Part shown: piece by piece, positions 50,176 to 59,690 of the stretch
How the letters are laid out: every line of letters begins with the position of its first letter
Position numbering within the stretch: the stretch's first letter is position 1
DNA from: an uncultured delta proteobacterium
GTDB taxonomy: Bacteria > Desulfobacterota > Syntrophia > Syntrophales > Smithellaceae
Direction of reading: 5' to 3'
Length of the DNA: 64,000 nucleotides
Assembly: GCA_963753975.1 (NCBI GenBank)
Contig: CAVWEH010000005.1
Location: forward strand, 608,001-672,000
The notes under the pieces: generated by a model
The model's input: only the letters and a program-made list of their open reading frames with translations
Told to the model about the DNA's origin: nothing
Databases searched by the model: none
Made by a program: the position numbers and the translations under genes

Positions 50176-50210
50176 AAGAAGCCCGATGGAATTTTTCCAC
50201 CGGGCTTCTT
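50176..50210. terminator. bidirectional terminator/palindromic repeat, copy 1
   Basis: AAGAAGCCCGATGGAA-TTT-TTCCACCGGGCTTCTT between convergent genes. Confidence 0.8.
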
Positions 50211-50233
50211 TGTATATTATATGTGCTTAAGGA

Positions 50234-50593
50234 TTACTTCTTAGTTCCCGGCAGCGTTAAAGAGTACTCATAGATAAGTTTCATGTCCTCATCGGAGATT
50301 TTATCTTTAGGAAAAGGAGGCATCACGCCTTTTGATCCATCGGCTTTTAAGGGATTTCTATTATAAGCGGTGAAGACGGCAAGACTTTTCATTTTGGCCG
50401 AACCTATAAGCGGTATAGCTGGATTGATTTTGTTTCCACCATTGGGATGACAGGCGCCGCAACGGAGGGCATAAAGTTTCGCTCCGTCCGGCTCGGCTAA
50501 GGCCGTGCTAACGGGGGGAATCATTGTTTCTCCGAAGACTACCCCCCCGGCGATGGTGAAAATAAACAAAAACCAGATTGTTGATTTTTTCAT
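50234..50593 (-). CDS. monoheme cytochrome c (c6/c553-like)
   Basis: Signal peptide, GAKLYALRCGACH, distal MPPF. Confidence 0.88.
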   Translation of the reverse strand: MKKSTIWFLFIFTIAGGVVFGETMIPPVSTALAEPDGAKLYALRCGACHPNGGNKINPAIPLIGSAKMKSLAVFTAYNRNPLKADGSKGVMPPFPKDKISDEDMKLIYEYSLTLPGTKK

Positions 50594-50760
50594 AATACCT
50601 CCAGATTTTTATTCAGATGGTGGCTGCTTTTTCGTCTAGTAGCCTGGTTTATTAGGTTATTTCTACACTAGCCTCCCGGTAATGATCTGTAAAGTTAAAT
50701 TTTTGCAAGTCAACGAACCGGGAAGATATTATCATAAAAATTGTTTGTCTCTACATTTTT

Positions 50761-52013
50761 TTAATCATTTCCTTTTGTCTGCAGCACGGGGAAAATCTTA
50801 TTGAGAATCCAGAAGAAGATAAACGGCAGCACCGCGACGAGCAGGGCGCCGGCCAGCCCTTCTTTAAAAGTATCAAGGCTGCGAGGAATGATGGGCATCT
50901 GGTAATCCATATACCCGGAGAAAGTCAGCGAAAAAGACTGGCCGCCGATGACCACGTTCCATCTCATCATGAAGACCCCGAAAAGCACCAGCAAAAGCGC
51001 CGGGATTATTCTGCGGACTGTCAGACCGGGGAGCAAAAGAAGGATGAAGGGGACCAGGTTTCCCAAAAAATATTGGAGCACAAAAATATTTATAAAATCT
51101 TTTCCATAGATGACATTCCTCAGGATGTCCCATGATTTTACCGCTGTGTAGCCGCGAAAGACCAGGTCCAAGAGCTCCAGGCTGATCGAGAAGATCATAA
51201 AGAAAATGAGATATTTCACAGTTGCCTGCATCGTGTTCATTTCCACGCCTTTAATCTCTTTGAATGTATTGCCTGCGTCATTAGCTTTTTCCCGGGAAGC
51301 GACAAATTTTTTAATTTCCATAATGATGATGTAGATCAGCAGGCAGAGGGCGACGCCGGAAACAATGGCCGACATGATAAAAATAACCGGCATGAGAGGG
51401 GTCATCCACAGGGCGTTGGCTTTTACCGAACCGAAGATGAAGCCGGCATACCCGTGAAGAAAACAGGCAATCGGCACACCGACTCCCGCCAGTATCTTGA
51501 TGGCTTTGGCGTCCAGCTTCAGGCTGGCAGCGCTTATGTCCAAGGCGCCGAGGGTAAGGATTGTGTGTACCATGTATTTTATTTTTTCGGCCAAACTCTT
51601 ATTCGCCTTGTCTTTGAGTCTTAATGATACTTCCACCAGATGTTTCCGGAAAAGAAACCACAGTTCGGAGGCTACTACCGATGCATAAGCAAACAGGACG
51701 ACGCCAAAAGCAGCGATCGCCGAAGTGAAGTGCGGTGTAAAAACCACATATAAACTTCTTTCGGGGTGCGTCCTAGGTGTAATAGCAGAGGCAGTGGTGC
51801 AACGATTAGCAGGGCGAAAGAAAAGACCAGGGAGAATCCGGCAATTTCTTTCAGCGGTTTTATATCGAAGAGATGATACAGAGAGGAAAGGACAAAAGCA
51901 CCGGCCACGAGTCCCGTCATGAACGGATACATGACTATCTGAATGGCCCAATAAATGTACTCATTGGGATAAACAAAAAGTTCTTTGATTGTCCATAATT
52001 CTTCCAGAACCAT
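50761..52013 (-). CDS. NrfD family membrane subunit, frameshifted near 51773
   Basis: N-part YPFMTGLVAGAF...PLLLHL and C-part HPERS...TPHFTSAIA...HGYAGFIFG...MRWNVVIGGQ in different frames. Confidence 0.8.
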
Positions 52014-52016
52014 TTC

Positions 52017-52791
52017 TTACCTCACTTCATCGCCAAGCCCGATATAGTAAACTTTGGGATCTGTTCCGTATTCCGGTTTGTGGATTGCTACCTGCTGCGT
52101 ACGGATGATGTTTGTCACGGGATCTCCGGCATCTTTGATATTGCCGATCTGCCTTGCCCCCGTCGGGCACGCCTGAACACAGGCCGGCTGCATGCCGTTG
52201 TTAATCCGGTGATAACAGAAATTACATTTATCCGCCACGTGGTGGACTGGATGAAAAAATCTCATACCGTAGGGACAGGCCATGATACAGTAACCGCAAG
52301 CCAATACACCACTTCCGGTCTATCAGCACCACACCGTCGGCATTCTGGTAAGTCGCGCCTACCGGACATACCTGGACACATGAAGGCTTTTCGCATTGGT
52401 TGCAGAGTTTGGGAACGAAAAATGCCTTTTTAATTTTCCCCTGCGGAATATCTTTAAACTTACCGCGTCCCAGATCGATCCGACCGGTAGTGAATCCGTA
52501 CCGCGCCTCTTTGGGAGTATCGGCGAATACTTCTCCTTCTCCGGTTACGACATATCGTTCAACCCAGGTTCGCGAGACATCGGCATCAAAGGGGATTTCG
52601 TTTTCCAGCTTACAGGCCTTTACACAGAAACCGCAGCCGATGCATTTATAGGTATCGACGAGAAATACAAAGCGAAGGGGCGAGGTCCAGGCATGAACAT
52701 CGGGGGGCCGGAAAATTCCGTCCAGTCCTTTGACCAGCACCATGGCGGCGGTTCCTTTTATGGCCAATATTATAAAATCTCTCCTGTTCAC
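52017..52791 (-). CDS. NrfC-type 4x[4Fe-4S] protein with Tat signal, frameshifted near 52298
   Basis: MNRRDF, CIGCGFCVKAC, CNQCEKPSCVQVCP; CIG/CGYCIMACPY split by one extra T; 775 = 774+1. Confidence 0.85.
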
Positions 52792-52800
52792 CGGTACCTC

Positions 52801-53262
52801 CTAATGGGGTTTGGATGCCTCATGTGGTTCGTGGCAGAGCACACATTCTAACCCGGGATTGTGCTGATCCGGGTTAATGCCTTTGATCTGTGACCTTAGG
52901 CTGTTGGGATAGACAAGACGGGTATGGCACCTAAGGCAGAGCTCCCGGCTTCGGTCCAGGGCAAGTTTCAGCGGATCAGCTGGATGGGAAAATGCCGGAC
53001 CATGGCAGTTTTCACATTCAATATTTTTATGCTTTGAGGAAGAAAGCTTTTGCGCCTGCCCTGCGTGACAGGCACTGCAGAATTCTCGGCCTTGATATTT
53101 TACCGTAAAATTTTTCCATTCCTCAATATTGGATTGCCGGTACCAGCCATACGTATACCCTTGCTCATGAGTTCCAAAATCATTGGGCACCCAGAAGCTT
53201 CTGGCGATTAAAATGATTGCCGCAAGAGCCAAAACCACATACAGAGGCCGCAGTACATGCAT
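52801..53262 (-). CDS. membrane-anchored tetraheme cytochrome c
   Basis: N-terminal TM helix; CSACH, CENCH, CLRCH, CVLCH. Confidence 0.88.
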   Translation of the reverse strand: MHVLRPLYVVLALAAIILIARSFWVPNDFGTHEQGYTYGWYRQSNIEEWKNFTVKYQGREFCSACHAGQAQKLSSSKHKNIECENCHGPAFSHPADPLKLALDRSRELCLRCHTRLVYPNSLRSQIKGINPDQHNPGLECVLCHEPHEASKPH

Positions 53263-53336
53263 AAGCTAAAATTCTCCAAGATTGCCGGCGATAATCATAT
53301 TCTCCTGCTCAAGGAATGTGTGATTCACTCCCGTAT

Positions 53337-55412
53337 TTAAAAACGGTAAGAAAGCGTCACAAATCCCACGTGGGACTCGTAAGAAGGATTATTATAAGCT
53401 CCCGTCAGGTATGCCCCGCTCGTGACATACTGATACCCGTCATACTGCGCATCATTATAATCATATTTTTCATAGGCATAACCTGCCGCAACGGATAGCG
53501 ATTTCGTCACATTATAGGAAAGTCTGATGAAAAAACAGGAAAGCTTGTAGCCATCCCAGTTGGAAAGATCGATATTGTCCTGAGTTCTGCCCGCCGGAAG
53601 AGGATTTGCACCCAAGAGATAGGTGTAATCGACGGAACCATCGGCCTGCAGATAGCTGTATTCGAGCAATAGAGTAAGTTTTTCCGGAACAATAAATATT
53701 TCGGCGCCCGCCGAGTAACTGTAGTTTTCGTCCTTCTGCGCTGCCGTCCAATTAAAGTTTGTCGGTGTCGGCGGCAGTGACGGGTCAACTGCGCCTGTTG
53801 TCTGCCGCTGGAACTGGTCCTGCCGGATGCGTTCATAATCGAAAGAGCCGAATAGCCTGATTCGCTTGTTGATCAGATAATCAACATCGATCAGGAATTC
53901 ATCACCCCTGTCACCGGTCAATCCTAAAATAGTATCGGGATAATTCGTTTCCCTGTGCTTGTAACTTAGGCTGATGCTGAAGTTGTCGGTGGGGAAAAAG
54001 TCCAGGCTGGCCTTATAGGTATCCCGAGTTTTTCCGGCAGCGTCGAAACGTCTGATGAAGGTTTCAATATCGGTCGGGTCAGTAATCTGGAATTCCGCTC
54101 TTCTGTCCAGCCTTTCGTATCCGATACGGGCGGTCAAAAAATCAAATCCCTTCCATCTAAGTTCGCCGCTGAAGAGATCATCCCTGTTATCGGGGATGTC
54201 TTCTCTCTCTCTGCTGATTGTTGAATGATTGTAAGCGCCAAGGAAATAAAATTTTGCCGGTAGCTGAAAACCAAGTTCCGTGCCGTATTTTACTCTCCGG
54301 TAGCTAAATAGGGTGTTGGTGAATGTTGCGGGTGTCTGGGTTGTATCCGTTATTGTAATAACATCCGATTTATTTTCCCGGTCGTCATATTTAAAGAAAA
54401 ATTTGGCATCTAGGAAAGGCAGCGGCTTCGATGTGACTGAAGTAGCGATGCTGTTTGTGTCGACCTGGCCGTTAAAGAGCGGAGTGCTCAAAGTGATGTT
54501 GTTCAGTCCTGTGGCGACAACATATGAATTACTCAACAGGGCATCCGATTTGGCGCTGGCCGTAGCCAGATCAACATTGAACTTGCTGTTTAAAGGCAAT
54601 TTAAGCGCGCCCTTGAGGTTAACTTTGTAGTAGTTGTTATCCGGCGGCATCGAATATGTATCTGTCACCGACGCCGTAGTACCATTAGAGGGGTTGCGGA
54701 AATAAAGGTTTGTGTTGGAGTCGGTGAAGCTGCTGTAAAAGTAGCCCAGGGAAATGTATAAGGGATTGTGGACATATCCAGCCAGCAAATTAATGCTGTT
54801 TGTTTTGTAATCAATCGGTGCCGGAAGCTCTATAGCAATCCCGCCAGGCGTTGTTCCCGCGGCACCGAGGGGATAAATGCCCGCTCGTTCATCTGCAGCC
54901 ACGGAGAAATCCACGAAAAAGGGCTTCAAGACATCGAGCTTGAATCCAGCACCGTAATCTTTCCGTTTTGTCGAGTAATCGAATGTATTCCAGGTACTGG
55001 TATTAGTGCTGGGCGGATGGGTGGGGTAGGTCAGATTGTTAGTCCCCGCGCCTGAATACAACGTTAGCGCATCATAGGTGAAATTGTGGGGAATTTCATC
55101 GTAGTTAACGTTGAACTTGAAGGCTCCCCATTTCCCGCCTTCCAGGTTATAACTCTGAGTATCGTAGAACATGTTACGGCTGTAGAAATCCACATAATAT
55201 TTATCGTCATCATATTTGATTTTAACGTCGCCGTAGAGGCCATCCTGGATGTCTCCGTATTCGTTAAATTTAGCTTTATTGCCGTTGATGTGGGTGAGAG
55301 TGCCCTGCGCGCTGATTTCACCGGAAAATTTATCCTCCTGCTCTTCGGCAAAGGCCGGACTCAAGGAGAACAAACCGAGTAAAAGAACTGATAAAAATAT
55401 TTGTCTTTTCAT
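53337..55412 (-). CDS. MtrB/PioB family outer-membrane beta-barrel
   Basis: Signal peptide MKRQIFL...AFA, AKFNEY, PAPIDY, PPDN, alternating beta strands, C-terminal LSYRF; adjacent to decaheme gene. Confidence 0.85.
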   Translation of the reverse strand: MKRQIFLSVLLLGLFSLSPAFAEEQEDKFSGEISAQGTLTHINGNKAKFNEYGDIQDGLYGDVKIKYDDDKYYVDFYSRNMFYDTQSYNLEGGKWGAFKFNVNYDEIPHNFTYDALTLYSGAGTNNLTYPTHPPSTNTSTWNTFDYSTKRKDYGAGFKLDVLKPFFVDFSVAADERAGIYPLGAAGTTPGGIAIELPAPIDYKTNSINLLAGYVHNPLYISLGYFYSSFTDSNTNLYFRNPSNGTTASVTDTYSMPPDNNYYKVNLKGALKLPLNSKFNVDLATASAKSDALLSNSYVVATGLNNITLSTPLFNGQVDTNSIATSVTSKPLPFLDAKFFFKYDDRENKSDVITITDTTQTPATFTNTLFSYRRVKYGTELGFQLPAKFYFLGAYNHSTISREREDIPDNRDDLFSGELRWKGFDFLTARIGYERLDRRAEFQITDPTDIETFIRRFDAAGKTRDTYKASLDFFPTDNFSISLSYKHRETNYPDTILGLTGDRGDEFLIDVDYLINKRIRLFGSFDYERIRQDQFQRQTTGAVDPSLPPTPTNFNWTAAQKDENYSYSAGAEIFIVPEKLTLLLEYSYLQADGSVDYTYLLGANPLPAGRTQDNIDLSNWDGYKLSCFFIRLSYNVTKSLSVAAGYAYEKYDYNDAQYDGYQYVTSGAYLTGAYNNPSYESHVGFVTLSYRF

Positions 55413-55423
55413 CGTTATACCTT

Positions 55424-56347
55424 TTACCGGAGAAAGTATTGTCCCCTCACCGAAGGCCCCATGCTTCCATGAATGTTGGTATGGCAATTCAGGCAACCGC
55501 GGGCAATCATCCTGTTGGATGCAGAACCCTGGAATGTTTCAAACCTGGTGTAAATTGTTCCGGGATGGCGAGTGGCGTCGTGGCAGCTCTGACAGAGCAA
55601 TGGCGGCTTCGAGATTAGAAGTTTCCCGTGATTGCTGCCGTGGGGCACGTGGCAGGTCAGACAATTTTCGGCAACCGGCGGATGTTCCCACAGGAATGGC
55701 CCACGCTTTTCGGCATGACACTGGAAACAGAGTTCATTTACCGTGTCCGCCTTTATCATATTCGGCCCTGATGAGCCGTGCTGGTCATGACACTGGGTGC
55801 ATTTTACGAGGCCTTCCTTCACCGGATGATGCGATTGTTTATTGACTTGAGCTCGAATATCGGCATGGCAGGTGAAGCAAAGAGCCGGTTCACTGGTCTT
55901 TAAATTGTATTTCGTTCCGGAGTGTCCGCTGTGGCAATCACTGCAGGAAACCCCGTTGACTTTATGTCTGCTCAGATCCCAAAAAGGTACGGCTCTCGAA
56001 TCCTGATGACAGGAGAGGCATTTGGCCTGCTTTATTTCCGGAGCATCATTCTTCGCGAAGGCAATCAAGCCGGCTCTCTGAGTGCCGCCTGTCTGTACAT
56101 GCGCAAGCCCCGGACCGTGACATGCTTCACAACCATAGCTGTTGGCTGGATTTCCGGGAATTGCCGTCTTGGAGTGTGTTGATTTCAAATAACTATCATA
56201 ATTTTTTTGGTGACAGGCCCGGCAGACGTCGATACCGGCATAATCATCAGCGGCAGCCGCGGATTGTTGAAAACCTACTGTTATTATGATCAGAAGGGAA
56301 AAGATAAAAAGAGAAAACAGCAAACTTTTGATTTTTTTTATCTTCAT
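55424..56347 (-). CDS. DmsE/MtrA family periplasmic decaheme cytochrome c
   Basis: 10 CxxCH, CEACHGPG, SHHPV, CFQCHAEKRGPFLWEHPPV, PHGS, CHTNIHGS. Confidence 0.93.
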   Translation of the reverse strand: MKIKKIKSLLFSLFIFSLLIIITVGFQQSAAAADDYAGIDVCRACHQKNYDSYLKSTHSKTAIPGNPANSYGCEACHGPGLAHVQTGGTQRAGLIAFAKNDAPEIKQAKCLSCHQDSRAVPFWDLSRHKVNGVSCSDCHSGHSGTKYNLKTSEPALCFTCHADIRAQVNKQSHHPVKEGLVKCTQCHDQHGSSGPNMIKADTVNELCFQCHAEKRGPFLWEHPPVAENCLTCHVPHGSNHGKLLISKPPLLCQSCHDATRHPGTIYTRFETFQGSASNRMIARGCLNCHTNIHGSMGPSVRGQYFLR

Positions 56348-56637
56348 AAAATAATCTTAAATTACTTGTTTTCCTCAAACCGGCAAGGATTCAAAATCAA
56401 TTTTTAAAAGATAGCTATTATATTAGTTGTGATTTTCATGATGTCAAGAAGATTTTGGCCGTAAAATCTGAGGTGTAGTGTCGATGTTGCTCAGCGGGTG
56501 TAAATTCGGCAGCAGTTGCATTCTCCCGGACTTTTTCATATCATATGCTGACTTTAAATATCAGTACGTAAAAAGAGCATCACGCAAATGTTCAGTTGCT
56601 TGTTGGCTTTGTTCTATTTCACTGGCAAGCCTTCAGC

Positions 56638-58191
56638 TTACGCCCGTGGTTTATCGGTTCTTGCGGTCAATAACAGCAGGATGCTGGATAGCGCAAGATA
56701 GGCCAGAGCGAGCATGTAGTGTGCCGGGGAGTGAACCCGCCAGGGCAGATAAAGTTCACCGCTGGGTAGCACGGAATGGATAATGCCGAAGAGCGTCAGC
56801 ACGGCGCAAATAGCAGCACATAGAGCCGCCAGGCGCGCTTTATGATCGATGAGAAAGGCCAGCATGCTGCCCCAGAGAAGTCCCGTAAGAATAAATCCGT
56901 TACTGAGCATCGTCAGTGTTTGATGCAGGAGCTGCAGATGCAGCGGCAGTTTGGCCGGCGTGGCACCCATTGCACTCAGAAACTGGCCCAGAATTATAAG
57001 TACCAGGCTGGCAATGACCGGCAGAAAACTTAAGCTTACCGCCGGAGAATGGGATGGCGGCGAATCCTTGTAGGCCTGACGGATAATTTCGAAACCGATA
57101 AAAATAAAAATGGGTGCAATAACCGCTCGCGGGATGAGGCTGACAAAAAGGTAAAGCAGTCCAACCGCAGAGCCGATACCGATGAGCAGTCCGGTGAGTA
57201 GCGTATACCACCAGGTCGCGCCCATTTTTTTGTATGCCGGATGGCCGATATAGGGCGTGGTCTGCGCCACACCGCCGAAGAAAGAAGCGATGAGCGACGT
57301 AAATGCCTCAGTGAGCAGGATGTCTCTGGCGCGGTAGTCGTCGCCTGCCAGACGAGCGCTTTCCGTGTTATTAATGCCGCCGATAATTGTGATGATGCCG
57401 AAGGGGATAGCAAGGGGCAGATACTGGATACTCCGCGGCAGAGTTTGGAGAAAGTCGATGGAAAATGCAGGTAGAGAAAAATTCATCTCCAAAGACGGCG
57501 CGGTAAATTCCGGCAGGTATCCACCGTAGCCCAGGGCAAAATGAATCCCCGTGCCCAGAAGTACGGCCACCAGAACGCCGGGCAACTTTCCGGGCAAGTG
57601 CATCTTGCTCAAAAGCGCGGTAAAGATAAGTCCCAGAGCCACCATGCCGACGACGGCCTCATTGAATATTTCAATCATCGGCAGAAATCCGAGCAGCAGA
57701 AGCCCGATTCCGGCGATCGGTCCCAAGAGTCCCGCTGTGGGAATAATGCGCTGAACCCAGCCGCCGAAAAAAGAGGTGAAGATTTTAACAACGCCGATCA
57801 TGAAGAGGGTGGCCATGCCGATATGCCAGGTGAGCTGAGCGTCATGGGTGGCGATATAAGCCGGGCCCAGAACGGCGTAAGCAATGCCGATAGTTGAAGG
57901 CGTATCTATACCCAGAGGCATCGCCGTGACATCGGCGCGCCCCGTTTTTTGTCTCAAACGGATGGCGAGCCACGTGTAAACAAGATCGCCTGCGAAAATC
58001 CCGACGGCCGTGCCCGGGATCATGCGAGTCAGGATCATGTCCGCCGGATAGTTGAAAGTGAAGACTAGGATCGCGCTAAAAAATATCAGCACCCCGACAT
58101 TGTCGAGAAACAGGGCAAGAAAGGCGGTTGTTTCTCCCCAGAAACTATGTTGATTGTCGGTATTTTCAACATTCATAGTAACGCTCCGCAT
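56638..58191 (-). CDS. permease, NCS2/AzgA-like nucleobase transporter superfamily
   Basis: Many TM helices, DVTAMPLG, NNTESARLAGD, TPYIGHPAYKKMG. Confidence 0.75.
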   Translation of the reverse strand: MRSVTMNVENTDNQHSFWGETTAFLALFLDNVGVLIFFSAILVFTFNYPADMILTRMIPGTAVGIFAGDLVYTWLAIRLRQKTGRADVTAMPLGIDTPSTIGIAYAVLGPAYIATHDAQLTWHIGMATLFMIGVVKIFTSFFGGWVQRIIPTAGLLGPIAGIGLLLLGFLPMIEIFNEAVVGMVALGLIFTALLSKMHLPGKLPGVLVAVLLGTGIHFALGYGGYLPEFTAPSLEMNFSLPAFSIDFLQTLPRSIQYLPLAIPFGIITIIGGINNTESARLAGDDYRARDILLTEAFTSLIASFFGGVAQTTPYIGHPAYKKMGATWWYTLLTGLLIGIGSAVGLLYLFVSLIPRAVIAPIFIFIGFEIIRQAYKDSPPSHSPAVSLSFLPVIASLVLIILGQFLSAMGATPAKLPLHLQLLHQTLTMLSNGFILTGLLWGSMLAFLIDHKARLAALCAAICAVLTLFGIIHSVLPSGELYLPWRVHSPAHYMLALAYLALSSILLLLTARTDKPRA

Positions 58192-58359
58192 TTCATATCC
58201 TGAAAAATAAACCTCTTAAACCCGCCCCTTATAACACAGCTATATAGCTAAAACAGCACTGTTTGACAATTCAATTTATCAATCAACGCGTGATTTAGGG
58301 AATGGACGACGGATGCCAGCGCTCCAATAGGACCGTAACGAAAAAGTATTTCAACTAAC

Positions 58360-58400
58360 ATGAAGAAGCCCGGTGGAAAAATTCCACCGGGCTTCTTCAT
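58360..58400. terminator. perfect palindrome/terminator, copy 2
   Basis: ATGAAGAAGCCCGGTGGAA-AAA-TTCCACCGGGCTTCTTCAT; near-identical to 50176-50210. Confidence 0.8.
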
Positions 58401-58498
58401 TATCACTTAGATTTATTTGTTCTGTCAAATCATTTCCTATTGCAAGCCAATATGTGTTTGCAATGTTTTCATGAAAGAAGAGTGGCCGTTGAGTTCAC

Positions 58499-59410
58499 TT
58501 ACAACTGTTCAGCTTTCCTATTTTTCCAATGATTAGGAAGATCTGGAGGCTGACCTTTGAAATCTGGATTTATAATACAAATTCTGTCTGGTGATTGACT
58601 TTTGTCACTTAAAGTTGCCGGTACCTTCATGCGGATAATCTGATTTTCCAAAAACAGTTTTCTTTTCTTAATAGGAATATGATTACAAAAATTAAGCTCC
58701 CAACCATATTGGCTATATAACATTCCCTCTACATGAAAAAAATATTTCTCCTGGGAAATATTTATTGCATGGTTCCGACATTGTTTGTTTTTACAAGAAC
58801 GCTGAAGTCGTTCAAGCACATCACTTCGTCCCGTCGAAAAGTGCATTGCTACCTCCTTTTTTCCATTCCATGGCAGATCAAGGGCAAAATGACGAAATGC
58901 ATCAATTGACGGCTGCGTAAATAATTGCCTGATTGTTAGATTATCCACGCCTTGATTTTTCAGAAGGTAAGCTAATGCCCCAATAGATATTTTTGCAATC
59001 CCTCGACTATACTTTACCTGCTCATAGGGATTAAATAAACCAACCGGAAATGCGATTGCAAAGACATTTTCGCGAGGTATATGTGTATCTGTTTCTATGT
59101 CATATATATATTGGAATCCAGTGCTCACCTCTGGATCCAAATCTTCACGATAAGAAAACCTGAATAACTTGATAGATCCGTCGGCTAGGAGAGCTTCCCC
59201 TGATCGTTTGAGTGCCTTAGTTTCATGGTATCTCACCCAGTAAAGGATATCTCTTGCATCATTATCAAATATCAAATTAGATCGTTTATTACTGTCTGCG
59301 CATACTGGTAGCCATTGGCTTTCTGGGCCATCAATAGATTTTGGGATGAAATGTTCTTGAGTCGGAACATCGTTATGGTTATCATTACAAAGGAAACAAT
59401 AATAAGTCAT
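58499..59410 (-). CDS. hypothetical protein with HNH-like N-terminus
   Basis: CFLC-x8-EHFIPKSI...VCADSN; visibly AT-rich; C-terminus not recognised. Confidence 0.6.
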   Translation of the reverse strand: MTYYCFLCNDNHNDVPTQEHFIPKSIDGPESQWLPVCADSNKRSNLIFDNDARDILYWVRYHETKALKRSGEALLADGSIKLFRFSYREDLDPEVSTGFQYIYDIETDTHIPRENVFAIAFPVGLFNPYEQVKYSRGIAKISIGALAYLLKNQGVDNLTIRQLFTQPSIDAFRHFALDLPWNGKKEVAMHFSTGRSDVLERLQRSCKNKQCRNHAINISQEKYFFHVEGMLYSQYGWELNFCNHIPIKKRKLFLENQIIRMKVPATLSDKSQSPDRICIINPDFKGQPPDLPNHWKNRKAEQL

Positions 59411-59548
59411 GTACCATCATCCATTGCTTCGAATTGATCTGCTAAATAAAAATAATAGGGAGATTCTATTTTTTGCGTTTATAAACTAACAACTCAATTT
59501 ACCATAACCCAATAACCTGACCACCTGAAGGTGGCGCGAGGTCACGCG

Positions 59549-59584
59549 TATCATAAATTCCGGATGTTCAACACAAAAAACCAC
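59549..59584 (+). repeat. imperfect direct repeat, copy 1
   Basis: TATCATAAATTCCGGATGTTCAACACAAAAAACCAC; 33/36 identical to 60281-60316. Confidence 0.75.
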
Positions 59585-59690
59585 GGGATATTTCGTCAGA
59601 AAATCATTCTATACGAGCTATAAAGTTATCGATTTTCCGGTGGAATTATATGGGATCAGCATATAAGGCCTGCACTGCTGATCGAATTCC

